DNA of 44,127 nt from Neisseriaceae bacterium. GTDB taxonomy: Bacteria; Pseudomonadota; Gammaproteobacteria; Burkholderiales; Neisseriaceae. The number at the start of each line of letters is the position of its first letter. Within the stretch, counting starts at the first letter, position 1. The position numbers were made by a program, and so were the translations under genes. The notes beneath the pieces were generated by a model, which saw only the letters and a program-made list of their open reading frames with translations, did not search any database and was not told the origin of the DNA. Below, piece by piece: positions 1 through 10,350 of this stretch. The stretch lies in assembly GCA_017518845.1 (NCBI GenBank), contig JAFWTP010000098.1, forward strand, positions 1 to 44,127. The letters are read 5' to 3'.

Positions 1-1
1 A

Positions 2-1273
2 GAAGCGAAATTTGCCGAATATGACGGTTATACTGCGGAAGCCAGAGCGGCGGAATTATTAGACGGTGTCGGTATTGAGCAATCGTTTCACAATGCCACA
101 ATGGCAGAAGTCGCACCTGGTTTTAAATTGCGGGTTTTATTAGCCCAAGCCTTATTTTCTAAACCCGATGTTTTGCTGTTAGACGAGCCAACGAACAATT
201 TGGACATTAACACCATTCGCTGGTTAGAAGGGGTATTAAACGATTACGATTCTACGATGATTATTATTTCGCACGACCGCCATTTTTTAAATGAAGTTTG
301 CACGCATACGGCAGATGTGGATTATGGTGGCATTACGCTTTATCCAGGTAATTACGATGATTATATGTTAGCGGCTGCCCTTGCCAAAGAAAAGGCAATG
401 CGAGATAACGCCAAAGCGAAAGAAAAATTACAAGAATTGCAAGAATTTGTTGCCCGTTTTTCGGCAAATAAATCCAAAGCACGGCAAGCGACTTCTCGCC
501 AAAAACAAGCGGATAAAATTAAAGCCGAAATGGTGGAAATTAAACCGTCAAGCCGCCAAAATCCGTATATTCGATTTACCGCAGATGAAAAAGCCAAGTT
601 GCACCGTCAAGCGGTGGAAGTGGAAAATTTGGCTAAATCATTTGATAAAAAATTGTTTGAAAAACTGTCGTTTATCTTGGACGCAGGCGAAAGACTTGCC
701 ATCATTGGTCCAAATGGTGCAGGTAAATCAACACTATTAAAATTACTCGCAGGGGCGTTTGACGAACACTATTCAGGCAGCCTGAAAATGGATAACGGCA
801 CAATCAAATGGGTAGAAAAAGCCCAAATCGGCTATTACCCCCAAGACCACGAAAACGATTTTGATTGTGAGATGACGCTTACCGAATGGATGCGACAATG
901 GGGACGCGAAGGGGACGATGAACAAGTCATTCGCGGCACTTTGGGACGCTTGCTGTTTGGCGGCAGCGAAGTGGGCAAACAGGTGAAAGTTCTGTCAGGC
1001 GGGGAGAAAGGCAGAATGCTGTATGGCAAACTGATTTTGCAACGCCCCAATGTGATGATTATGGACGAACCCACAAACCACATGGATATGGAAAGCATTG
1101 AGTCCTTAAATATGGCGTTAGAAAAATACAACGGCACGCTGATTTTCGTGTCGCACGACCGCCAGTTTGTGTCGTCATTAGCCACACAAATCATCGAATT
1201 AGACGGCAAAGGCGGCTTTGATTACTATCAAGGCGGCTACGAAGAGTATTTGGCGAAAAAGGGCTTGGTGTAA
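2..1273 (+). CDS. ABC-F family ATPase (YbiT/Uup-like), N-terminus cut by window edge
   Basis: The reading frame is open from nt 2. Domain 1 shows [11 protein letters not shown] (Walker B) and SHDRHF (H-loop). A Lys/Glu-rich linker follows, then GPNGAGKST (Walker A), LSGGEKGR (signature) and [11 protein letters not shown] (Walker B) of domain 2. Confidence 0.85.
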   Translation, partial: EAKFAEYDGYTAEARAAELLDGVGIEQSFHNATMAEVAPGFKLRVLLAQALFSKPDVLLLDEPTNNLDINTIRWLEGVLNDYDSTMIIISHDRHFLNEVCTHTADVDYGGITLYPGNYDDYMLAAALAKEKAMRDNAKAKEKLQELQEFVARFSANKSKARQATSRQKQADKIKAEMVEIKPSSRQNPYIRFTADEKAKLHRQAVEVENLAKSFDKKLFEKLSFILDAGERLAIIGPNGAGKSTLLKLLAGAFDEHYSGSLKMDNGTIKWVEKAQIGYYPQDHENDFDCEMTLTEWMRQWGREGDDEQVIRGTLGRLLFGGSEVGKQVKVLSGGEKGRMLYGKLILQRPNVMIMDEPTNHMDMESIESLNMALEKYNGTLIFVSHDRQFVSSLATQIIELDGKGGFDYYQGGYEEYLAKKGLV

Positions 1274-1365
1274 GACTGTGAGCAGTTAGAAGTGAGCAGT
1301 TATATTTTTTGTTTTGCCTGACGGTAAATAACGCTTCGATGATGCTTTCAGGCTGCCTGAAAATA

Positions 1366-1396
1366 GAAAACGGAAGAATACATCTTCCGTTTTTTG
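1366..1396. terminator. Bidirectional intrinsic terminator between the convergent ABC-F gene and argS
   Basis: Hairpin AAAACGGAAGA-ataca-TCTTCCGTTTT flanked by A and T runs. A palindromic uptake sequence lies just upstream at 1347-1361. Confidence 0.7.
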
Positions 1397-1400
1397 TTTA

Positions 1401-3499
<2,099 letters not shown>

Positions 3500-3501
3500 G
3501 T

Positions 3502-3516
3502 TTCAGGCAGCCTGAA
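3502..3516. repeat. Palindromic DNA uptake sequence (representative copy)
   Basis: TTCAGGCAGCCTGAA between the 3227 ORF and the cytochrome c' gene. Confidence 0.85.
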
Positions 3517-3528
3517 AGATAAAACACA

Positions 3529-4113
3529 ATGAATAAATCTTTATTTTTACTTTTTATTTTATGTACGCTATCCGCGTGTTCGCCCAAGGCGGAAGATAAT
3601 TTCAGGCAGCCTGAAAATAATCAAGTTGAAGTGATTTCCGCCGAAATTGTGGATAAAAGCCGCGAAAATGCCGATAAAAGCGATGAAAAAGACGCTTTTG
3701 GTCTTGCGTCTATTTATGCCGAAGACAATCGTCCGCCGTTAGAAATTCGCACCGCCGCATTCAAAAAAATTGCCGAAGATATGAAAGGTTTGGAAAAAGT
3801 GGTCAATGGCGAAGTCCCGTATGACCCAGATAAATTTTTAGAGCAAGTGGTTGAATTTTTTGGCGATGCTCATGAGCCTTTTCATTATTTTGAAGCCCAA
3901 ATGCCGCCCGATGACAAAAGGGGCAATGCCAAACCTGAAATTTGGACAGACGAAGACGGCTTTTTTGAAGAGCAAGTTAAATTTGCCGAAAACACTTCTG
4001 CCTTATTGGAAGCCACCATTACCGATGATTTATCCAAAATTAAACCTGCTCTTGAAACATTACAAGGTTCGTGTCAGTCTTGTCATCAAGGCTACCGAAA
4101 AGAAATAAAATAA
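3529..4113 (+). CDS. Lipoprotein cytochrome c' (class II c-type cytochrome)
   Basis: Signal peptide with lipobox LSAC. A low-complexity tether is followed by a helical body ending in a single C-terminal heme motif, CQSCH-QGYRKE. This is the class II cytochrome c architecture. Confidence 0.65.
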   Translation: MNKSLFLLFILCTLSACSPKAEDNFRQPENNQVEVISAEIVDKSRENADKSDEKDAFGLASIYAEDNRPPLEIRTAAFKKIAEDMKGLEKVVNGEVPYDPDKFLEQVVEFFGDAHEPFHYFEAQMPPDDKRGNAKPEIWTDEDGFFEEQVKFAENTSALLEATITDDLSKIKPALETLQGSCQSCHQGYRKEIK

Positions 4114-4164
4114 TTTTCAGGCAGCCTTTATAATGTACAAAATTTCTTTCAGGCAGCCTGAACA

Positions 4165-5439
4165 ATGATTTTGCACAATATTTACAATTTTTTATGGACA
4201 ATCGCACCGCCCATATTGCGTTATTATTTACGCAAAAGGGCGAAGAAAAATGGCGATTATTCGCTCTACTGGGGCGAACGCTTTGGTGTGCCGTATGATA
4301 ATCCTGTGAAAAATGCGATTTGGATTCATGCCGTTTCTGTGGGCGAAACGCGGGCGGCGTTGCCTTTGATTGATGAGTTGCAAAACAGGCTGCCTGAAAG
4401 CCGTTTGTTAATCACGCAAACCACGCCCACAGGACGCAAAACCGCACAGCAACTTTTTGCGAATGCTCAATGCCGTTATTTGCCGTATGATAATCCTAAA
4501 TATATCAAGCAGTTTCTTGACGAACACGCACCTAAAATCGCCATTTTTATGGAAACCGAAATTTGGGTCAATTTGCTTGATGAATGTAAAAAACGCCACA
4601 TTCCCACAGTGTTGGCAAATGCTCGATTATCGCAAAAATCGCTATCAGGTTATTTGAAATTTGCGTCTTTATTTCGTCCTGCATTTTCATCTTTAACGCA
4701 TATTTTTGCCCAAACTGCGGCAGACGCTCAACGCTTAAAACAAGTAGGGGCAAGGGAAATCACAGTGGCAGGCAATACCAAATACGATATGCCGATAACG
4801 GACGCGATGCGACAATTAGCCGCCGAATTTCGTCAAAAAATAGGCAATCGCCCTGTGGTTTTGTGTGCCAGTACCCGAGAAAAAGATGGGGTAGATGAAG
4901 CGAAAATGCTGCTAACTGCATGGAAAAAGCAGGAAAATGCGGTTAAAAATACGCTTTTAGTGATTGTACCAAGGCACCCTGAACGCTTTCAGACAGCCTA
5001 TCAATATGCCCAAGAATTGGGTTTTATTGTGCAGAATCGTTCGGATAACGAAACCGTTAATCCCAAAACGCAAGTGTGGATTGGCGATTCTATGGGCGAA
5101 ATGTCGGCGTATTGCCTGTGTGCGGATTTGGTGTTTGTCGGCGGTTCATTAGTGGATACGGGTTGTCAAAATGTGATTGAACCGATTATTTGCGGCAAGC
5201 CCGTGCTGTTTGGTTTTTCCACTTATAACTTTGCCCAAGCCACGCAAGACGCACTGAATGCGGGCGTGGCGCGTCAAGTGCAAACGGCAGACGAATGGGG
5301 GCAAACCGCCTTGCAACTTCTGCATTCTGCCGATGAAATGGCAATCATAAAACAGCAAACGATTAATTTTATTCATCAGCACACAGGGGCGGCAAGGGCA
5401 ATGGCTGATGAAATTGTACGCATCATTCAAACGCATTAA
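4165..5439 (+). CDS. waaA: 3-deoxy-D-manno-octulosonic acid (Kdo) transferase
   Basis: 424 aa with an N-terminal membrane anchor, the HAVSVGETRAA motif and a C-terminal GGSL fold typical of KdtA/WaaA. Confidence 0.9.
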   Translation: MILHNIYNFLWTIAPPILRYYLRKRAKKNGDYSLYWGERFGVPYDNPVKNAIWIHAVSVGETRAALPLIDELQNRLPESRLLITQTTPTGRKTAQQLFANAQCRYLPYDNPKYIKQFLDEHAPKIAIFMETEIWVNLLDECKKRHIPTVLANARLSQKSLSGYLKFASLFRPAFSSLTHIFAQTAADAQRLKQVGAREITVAGNTKYDMPITDAMRQLAAEFRQKIGNRPVVLCASTREKDGVDEAKMLLTAWKKQENAVKNTLLVIVPRHPERFQTAYQYAQELGFIVQNRSDNETVNPKTQVWIGDSMGEMSAYCLCADLVFVGGSLVDTGCQNVIEPIICGKPVLFGFSTYNFAQATQDALNAGVARQVQTADEWGQTALQLLHSADEMAIIKQQTINFIHQHTGAARAMADEIVRIIQTH

Positions 5440-5829
5440 CTTATTCTTTGTCCTATATTTTTTGCATTTTTGTGCGATTTATATTGATTGAATAGCCGTT
5501 CAGGCAGCCTGAAAATATTGTCGATTTTCCTTGTTTGCCCGATTTTTTATATTAGAAAAATTCATCAACAAAAGCATTTTGTATGCAAAAAATGATAATA
5601 AATAAGCCATTGATTTAAAAATAGAAAAACGAAAATGTTTTTTGATAATTTATATCAATAATATAAGCACTTGATTTTTATAAAAAAATAATCCTTGTTT
5701 TGTCTGTCGTTTGTCGGTATGCTAACACCATTCCTGAATTTAAGCAGTGTCAAGGAATAGCAAGCAGGACGACACGGAACACCATTCTGTTCGCCCATTT
5801 AATTAACCCCAAAATACGGAGTACATAGT

Positions 5830-6189
5830 ATGAAAATCTCGCAAGCATTGGACGAATGTATGGCGATTGACGGTGCGATTGCTGCATCGATTGTTGATTC
5901 TAACAACGGTTTTATGTTGGGTGCGCAAGGTAAAGGCTTGGACTTGGAATACGCTTCCGCAGGCAATACCGAGTTGTATCACGCCAAACAAAAAATCATG
6001 AAAAATTTAGGTTTGACTGGTGAAAAAATCGAAGACTTCTTAATCACCATGACTTCTCAATTACATATCTTGATGCCTGCTCATCAATTAGACGGTGTAT
6101 TTATCTACTTCGTGTTGGATAAAAACAAAGGCACACTGGCTTTGGCACGCCGTCAATTAAAAGACATTGCAGGTAAATTGGAACTGTAA
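5830..6189 (+). CDS. Roadblock/LC7 (MglB-like) domain protein, tandem paralogue 1
   Basis: 119 aa. The pattern L..L..IDGAIAASIVDSNNGFMLG...ASAGN...LHILMP...VFIYFVLDKNKGTLALAR fits the Roadblock/LC7 fold. A GGAG RBS lies 8 nt upstream. Confidence 0.5.
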   Translation: MKISQALDECMAIDGAIAASIVDSNNGFMLGAQGKGLDLEYASAGNTELYHAKQKIMKNLGLTGEKIEDFLITMTSQLHILMPAHQLDGVFIYFVLDKNKGTLALARRQLKDIAGKLEL

Positions 6190-6200
6190 TCACCTAAAAC

Positions 6201-6234
6201 AAAAACGGACGATTTTGCTATCGTCCGTTTTTTT
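6201..6234 (+). terminator. Intrinsic terminator of Roadblock paralogue 1
   Basis: AAAAACGGACGA-ttttgcta-TCGTCCGTTTTTTT. Confidence 0.8.
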
Positions 6235-6240
6235 ATTTGA

Positions 6241-6401
6241 TAACCTGCCGTAGGGTGGGCTTCCTAGCCCACCACAACGCCGTAAGGCGTTGAATAAAAA
6301 ATAAAAATATAAGCATTTTTACCAAAATTGTAGAAACTGAATTGTTCTTCTTTGCCCCTACGGGGCAATGGTGGGCTGGGAAGCCCACCCTACACACAAC
6401 G
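6241..6401. mobile_element. 161-bp MITE-like element with GTAGGGTGGGC...GCCCACC terminal hairpins
   Basis: The termini are inverted REP-like hairpins. A sibling copy lies at 19079-19222. The element is flanked by an exact 47-bp direct repeat (6194-6240 and 6402-6448). Confidence 0.65.
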
Positions 6402-6408
6402 CTAAAAC

Positions 6409-6442
6409 AAAAACGGACGATTTTGCTATCGTCCGTTTTTTT
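6409..6442 (+). terminator. Exact second copy of the paralogue 1 terminator
   Basis: Identical to 6201-6234 and part of the 47-bp direct repeat flanking the 161-bp element. Confidence 0.7.
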
Positions 6443-6616
6443 ATTTGATTTATGTTAAGGAATATGAAGAAATGCCTTGTTTTGCAACGCAACTGGCAGT
6501 ATGATTACCCGTAATTCCTAATGTGCAGTGTGATTGGGAGTAATCGCAAAGGGAAACGGCACAAACACACGGTTTTCGCCCCCTTTTTTAATCAACCTTG
6601 ATATGGAGACATACGA

Positions 6617-6976
6617 ATGAAAATTTCACAAGCATTGGACGAATGCATGGCAATCGATGGTGCAATCGCAGCGTCAGTTGTGGATTCTAACAACGGTTTT
6701 ATGTTGGGTGCACAAGGCAAAGGTTTGGACTTGGAATACGCTTCTGCTGGTAACACCGAGTTGTATCATGCCAAACAAAAAATCATGAAAAACTTAGGAT
6801 TGACCAACGAAAAAATCGATGACTTCCTGATTACCTTAACCACGCAGTTGCACATTTTAATGCCTGCTCACCACTTGGACGGTGTGTTCATCTACTTCGT
6901 GTTGGACAAAAACAAAGGCACATTGGCTTTGGCTCGCCGTCAGTTGAAAGACATTGCTGGCAAATTGGAACTGTAA
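6617..6976 (+). CDS. Roadblock/LC7 (MglB-like) domain protein, tandem paralogue 2
   Basis: 119 aa and roughly 90 percent identical in protein to the 5830-6189 product. It has its own GGAG RBS and its own terminator. Confidence 0.5.
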   Translation: MKISQALDECMAIDGAIAASVVDSNNGFMLGAQGKGLDLEYASAGNTELYHAKQKIMKNLGLTNEKIDDFLITLTTQLHILMPAHHLDGVFIYFVLDKNKGTLALARRQLKDIAGKLEL

Positions 6977-6993
6977 TTCACGGTTTAAATTAG

Positions 6994-7024
6994 AAAAACG
7001 GACGCTTGAAATCGTCCGTTTTTT
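6994..7024 (+). terminator. Intrinsic terminator of Roadblock paralogue 2
   Basis: AAAAACGGACG-cttgaaat-CGTCCGTTTTTT. The stem is related to the paralogue 1 terminator. Confidence 0.8.
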
Positions 7025-7038
7025 GGTGGGGAAAGAAT

Positions 7039-7264
7039 GTTTAGGCTGAAACCTTTGCAAAACTAATTTTTGCATATCATAAATAAAATGTTATAGGGTG
7101 GGCATTCCTGCCAACCATTTGTCCGACAGGGCAAAATAGGCAGTTTTTATTATAAATCAAATTGTTATCAAACCGCAGGTTTTCGGTGGGTAACCTGCCC
7201 ACCCTATAACGAACGCTTTTTTGTTTTAGATTGGATTTTGCAAAGGTTTCAGGCTGCCTGAAAA
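7039..7264. mobile_element. About 225-bp MITE with uptake-sequence-tipped terminal inverted repeats, copy 1
   Basis: The left end reads GTTTAGGCTGAAACCTTTGCAAAAC. The right end reads TTTTGCAAAGGTTTCAGGCTGCCTGAAAA. Internal REP-type hairpins are present. A sibling lies at 16898-17120. Confidence 0.65.
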
Positions 7265-7265
7265 T

Positions 7266-7296
7266 AAAAAAACGGTATCTTTGATACCGTTTTTTT
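7266..7296 (-). terminator. Intrinsic terminator downstream of the HiPIP gene
   Basis: AAAAAACGGTATC-tttg-ATACCGTTTTTTT immediately after the HiPIP stop codon (7315). Confidence 0.75.
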
Positions 7297-7314
7297 ATAT
7301 TGAAAATCAATCAA

Positions 7315-7623
7315 TTATGCTTTTTTTGCCCAAGCGTTGCACCAGCCGTTGCTTTCCACTTCAAAGCCTTTGTACATGGTGCAAGTGCCTGATTGTTCGT
7401 TAATGGCAGTAAAGTTTGTGCAAGTGGCACATTTCTGCCCGTTTTCGTATTTGCTGTATTTTTGTTTATCCACTTTGGACGCGTCAGGCACATAGCCCAA
7501 GGCTTTGGCAGCAGGATTGTTGTCGGCACTTAATTTGGGTTCGGCAAAGGCTTGATTGCCCAACACACTCACCGCCGCAACAGCGGGGATAACTTTAAAC
7601 AAAAAAGTTCTGCGGTTTGTCAT
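7315..7623 (-). CDS. High-potential iron-sulfur protein (HiPIP), Tat-exported
   Basis: Twin-arginine signal MTNRRTFLF...AFA. Four Cys are spaced as in HiPIP (CATC...GTC...GWCNAW). Confidence 0.85.
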   Translation of the reverse strand: MTNRRTFLFKVIPAVAAVSVLGNQAFAEPKLSADNNPAAKALGYVPDASKVDKQKYSKYENGQKCATCTNFTAINEQSGTCTMYKGFEVESNGWCNAWAKKA

Positions 7624-7669
7624 TTTGTGTTCCTTTTTGGTTGTAAGATAAGTTTTTCATTGAAGCGAA

Positions 7670-7776
7670 TATCGTTAATTCACTTCAAAATAGGACTTCG
7701 TTGTCTCGCCTTGCCGTATTATTTATACTGTCTTCAGCTTCGCTGCCTTGTCCTATCTTGAATTGAATTAACTACA
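7670..7776. mobile_element. Correia-like repeat-enclosed element, divergent subfamily
   Basis: Inverted ends CGTTAATTCACTTCAAAATAGGAC and GTCCTATCTTGAATTGAATTAACTAC. The core TCGCCTTG...TATACTGTCT...GCCTTGTCC is shared with copies at 15597 and 29620. Confidence 0.6.
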
Positions 7777-7902
7777 AATCCGCCACGCTTTATAATTGAA
7801 TTATACAATAAAAAAATGTTTTTTAATAATTGATATTTATCATATCAGGTATAGCAAAACGCTATTTAACTTAATGATTTTTATTATTAAAAACATAATA
7901 AG

Positions 7903-8020
7903 GTAGGGTGGGCAACTTGTTGCCCACGCGTTTTATAATGAGATATGATTTTGGGTTACTTTACTTTCAGGCAGCCTGAAAATGTTGAAACGCACGGGGC
8001 TTCAAAGTTGCCCACCCTAC
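7903..8020. mobile_element. About 115-bp MITE: GTAGGGTGGGCAAC...GTTGCCCACCCTAC arms around a central uptake sequence
   Basis: Inverted arms flank TTCAGGCAGCCTGAA (7966-7980). Siblings lie at 38123-38239 and 39306-39404. Confidence 0.65.
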
Positions 8021-8248
8021 GGCGTTCTCGGTGGGTTGGAAACCCACCCTACGGCGGTATGCGTCATTGCGAGATTTGAATGAAGTTCAAATCGTGGCAA
8101 TCTCCGAAAGGCTGAAAGCCTTTCGGGTGGCGTATAACAATATAACAGCAATGCAGAAAATCTTTCAGGCAGCCTGAACATATATATCGTTGGATTTGCC
8201 CCTACGGGGCAATGGTGGGCAAGAATGCCCACCCTACGGCTGTTCTTT

Positions 8249-10153
8249 TTACAACTCACTCATTTGCACCATAGGTGAGTGCTGTAAGAATTGCAATTTA
8301 CCGTCTTTTAATTCAAAAGCAAAAGAGCCTGTGCCGCCAAAGCCGTTTTCATCTTCGCCCAAATCGCCTTCGACAAACAATAAGCGGCTGTCTTTTTGGT
8401 GCGATATTTCATTGCCCACCCAAAACAAAAATTCGTCTGACGCGTCTTTGCCGTCTTTATCCACAGGGTAGCCTGATACATATAAACTATCAGTAATCTT
8501 GCCTGTTTTTATATCCAACACCGCCACGACAAGACAGCCTGTGCCGCAACCGCTTTGCACCAACATATATTGACCTGCAAAATTGATATTTTGTCTGTTG
8601 GTTTGTGCTTCTTGTAAGGCTTCTTGCAAGTTTTCTTCGAGTTTCCAGTCATCAAAATCGGGGGCTAATGCTAATTTGCTGGCAATTTCACCTGTATAAA
8701 GCGGCACGCTGTATTGCTTGTTGTCGATTGAAAAGCGTTGTGGCAAGGGTGGTGCGTTTTTAATGGCAGGCTCTGCTTGATAGAACTTGTTAGGTTCGGC
8801 AGATATAACCACTTTGCCTGTTTTATCAATAAACTGCCAGCCGTCATCTGTTTTAACCGCCGCTAATCCCTCGCTAAAATCGTGTGTTTCATTATATTCA
8901 CAAGGAATCACTTCTTTGCCCGTTGTGTCGATAAAACCATATTTATTCTCTTTTTCCACCGCCGCTAATCCCTCGCTAAAATCATGTGCAAATTGATATT
9001 GTGTTAGCACCACTTCACGCCCTGTGGTATCCACAAAACCATATTTGCCGTCTTTTTCAACTCGGGCTAATCCATCGTTAAATTTCCACAATATCGTATC
9101 GTATTGCAGCGGCACAACTTCTCGTCCTGTTTTATCGATTAAACCGTGTTTGTCGTTTTTCATAACGCGAGCAAATCCATTTTTAAAAGTTGGATTTTCG
9201 CTTTCCATAAAATAAATATCGTATTGATAAGGCACAACTTCTTGTCCTGTTTTATCAATCACGCCCCATTTGCCGTTTTCTTCTTTTTTAACGAACGCTA
9301 ACCCCTCGCTAAATTCGTATGCACTGTAATATTGCACAGGAATCACTTCTTTGCCCGTTTTATCCATAAAACCGAGTTTGCCGTTTTTTTCAACTTTGGC
9401 TAAACCATCGCTAAATGGATAAATATAATCATAGTGTTGTGGCACTGAAAAAACGGCTTTACCTGTTTTATCAATAAAAACAGATTGTCCGTTTTGTTCT
9501 ACTTGGGCTAATCCATTGTTAAATGAATCGGCAGAATCATATTGCGGGGCAATTACTTCTTTGCCTGTGGTGTCAATAAAACCCCATTTGCCGTTTTGTT
9601 GAACGGCTGCTAATCCCTCGCTAAACCAGTAGTAGTAAGGAGAGTAAGGCGTTTCATATTGTTTGAGATTTAATTCTTTACCTGTATTATCCACCAAGAC
9701 TGCTTTGCCATTTTTGTTCAGCGACACAATTTTATTTGCAAAAAAAGGTGGGTGGCTTAATTCCATGTAGTAATCTTCATCGTCATCGTATTGTATTGGC
9801 ACAACTTCCTTGCCTGTTTTATCAATAAAACCCACTCTTTCGCCTTTTTTAACAAAGGCTAATCCCTCGTGAAAAGGATATAATTCATCATACTGCACGG
9901 CAACCACTTCCTTGCCGTTTTTGTCGATTAAGCCATATTGTTCGTTTTTTTGAACTTTGGCTAAACCGTCTTGGAATGAATAAACGAAGTGATAGTTTTT
10001 CATGATGGCAACAGCGTTTTCAGGCTGCCTTGTGTCGGTTTGTGGTGTGCTGATTGTGGTGGTGTTGGAGCTGTTGCTTGGGGTTTGTTGTTTATCGCAA
10101 GCGGCACTGCCAAATAAAATGGCAAGAGAAAGGAAAAGGGTGGTTTTTTTCAT
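8249..10153 (-). CDS. WG-repeat (KWG-type) lipoprotein, paralogue A
   Basis: Lipobox LFGSAAC. More than 12 units of about 35 aa follow the pattern GLA.V.K.GKWGFIDKTGKEVI..QYD. A C-terminal module of about 150 aa is shared with the 12249-14150 product. The start is moved to MKKTTLF (CAT 10151-10153). Confidence 0.8.
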   Translation of the reverse strand: MKKTTLFLSLAILFGSAACDKQQTPSNSSNTTTISTPQTDTRQPENAVAIMKNYHFVYSFQDGLAKVQKNEQYGLIDKNGKEVVAVQYDELYPFHEGLAFVKKGERVGFIDKTGKEVVPIQYDDDEDYYMELSHPPFFANKIVSLNKNGKAVLVDNTGKELNLKQYETPYSPYYYWFSEGLAAVQQNGKWGFIDTTGKEVIAPQYDSADSFNNGLAQVEQNGQSVFIDKTGKAVFSVPQHYDYIYPFSDGLAKVEKNGKLGFMDKTGKEVIPVQYYSAYEFSEGLAFVKKEENGKWGVIDKTGQEVVPYQYDIYFMESENPTFKNGFARVMKNDKHGLIDKTGREVVPLQYDTILWKFNDGLARVEKDGKYGFVDTTGREVVLTQYQFAHDFSEGLAAVEKENKYGFIDTTGKEVIPCEYNETHDFSEGLAAVKTDDGWQFIDKTGKVVISAEPNKFYQAEPAIKNAPPLPQRFSIDNKQYSVPLYTGEIASKLALAPDFDDWKLEENLQEALQEAQTNRQNINFAGQYMLVQSGCGTGCLVVAVLDIKTGKITDSLYVSGYPVDKDGKDASDEFLFWVGNEISHQKDSRLLFVEGDLGEDENGFGGTGSFAFELKDGKLQFLQHSPMVQMSEL

Positions 10154-10209
10154 GGTTAAGTACTCCATTTAGGGGTTATGGTTTCAGGCTGCCTGAAAAT
10201 ATCATTGTA

Positions 10210-10344
10210 TCAACGCCTTGCGGCGTTGTGGTGGGTTGAAAACCCACCCTACGGCGGTATGCTGTATCAACGCCTTGCGGCGTTGTGGTGGGCTGGGAAG
10301 CCCACCCTACGGCGTTCTTGGTGGGTTGAAAACCCACCCTACGG
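10210..10344. repeat. Array of three REP-like bipartite hairpin units
   Basis: CAACGCCttgcGGCGTTG followed by GGTGGG-loop-CCCACCCTACGG, repeated three times. Confidence 0.8.
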
Positions 10345-10350
10345 CTTATA

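Noticed and set aside
5642-5658. Palindrome TTGATAatttaTATCAA upstream of the first Roadblock gene as an FNR or Fur box
   Set aside because: The half-site spacing (N5 between 6-mers) does not fit FNR (TTGAT-N4-ATCAA). The match to the 19-bp Fur consensus is poor beyond one GATAAT. It may be an operator for an unknown factor, but I cannot support a call.
8017-8259. 80-aa ORF. The same applies to ORFs 10178-10445 and 19062-19262.
   Set aside because: These ORFs are translations of REP-type hairpin arrays (recurring PPYG, GGLKTHPT and VGWVSNPP peptides). They have no RBS and sit on intergenic repeats.
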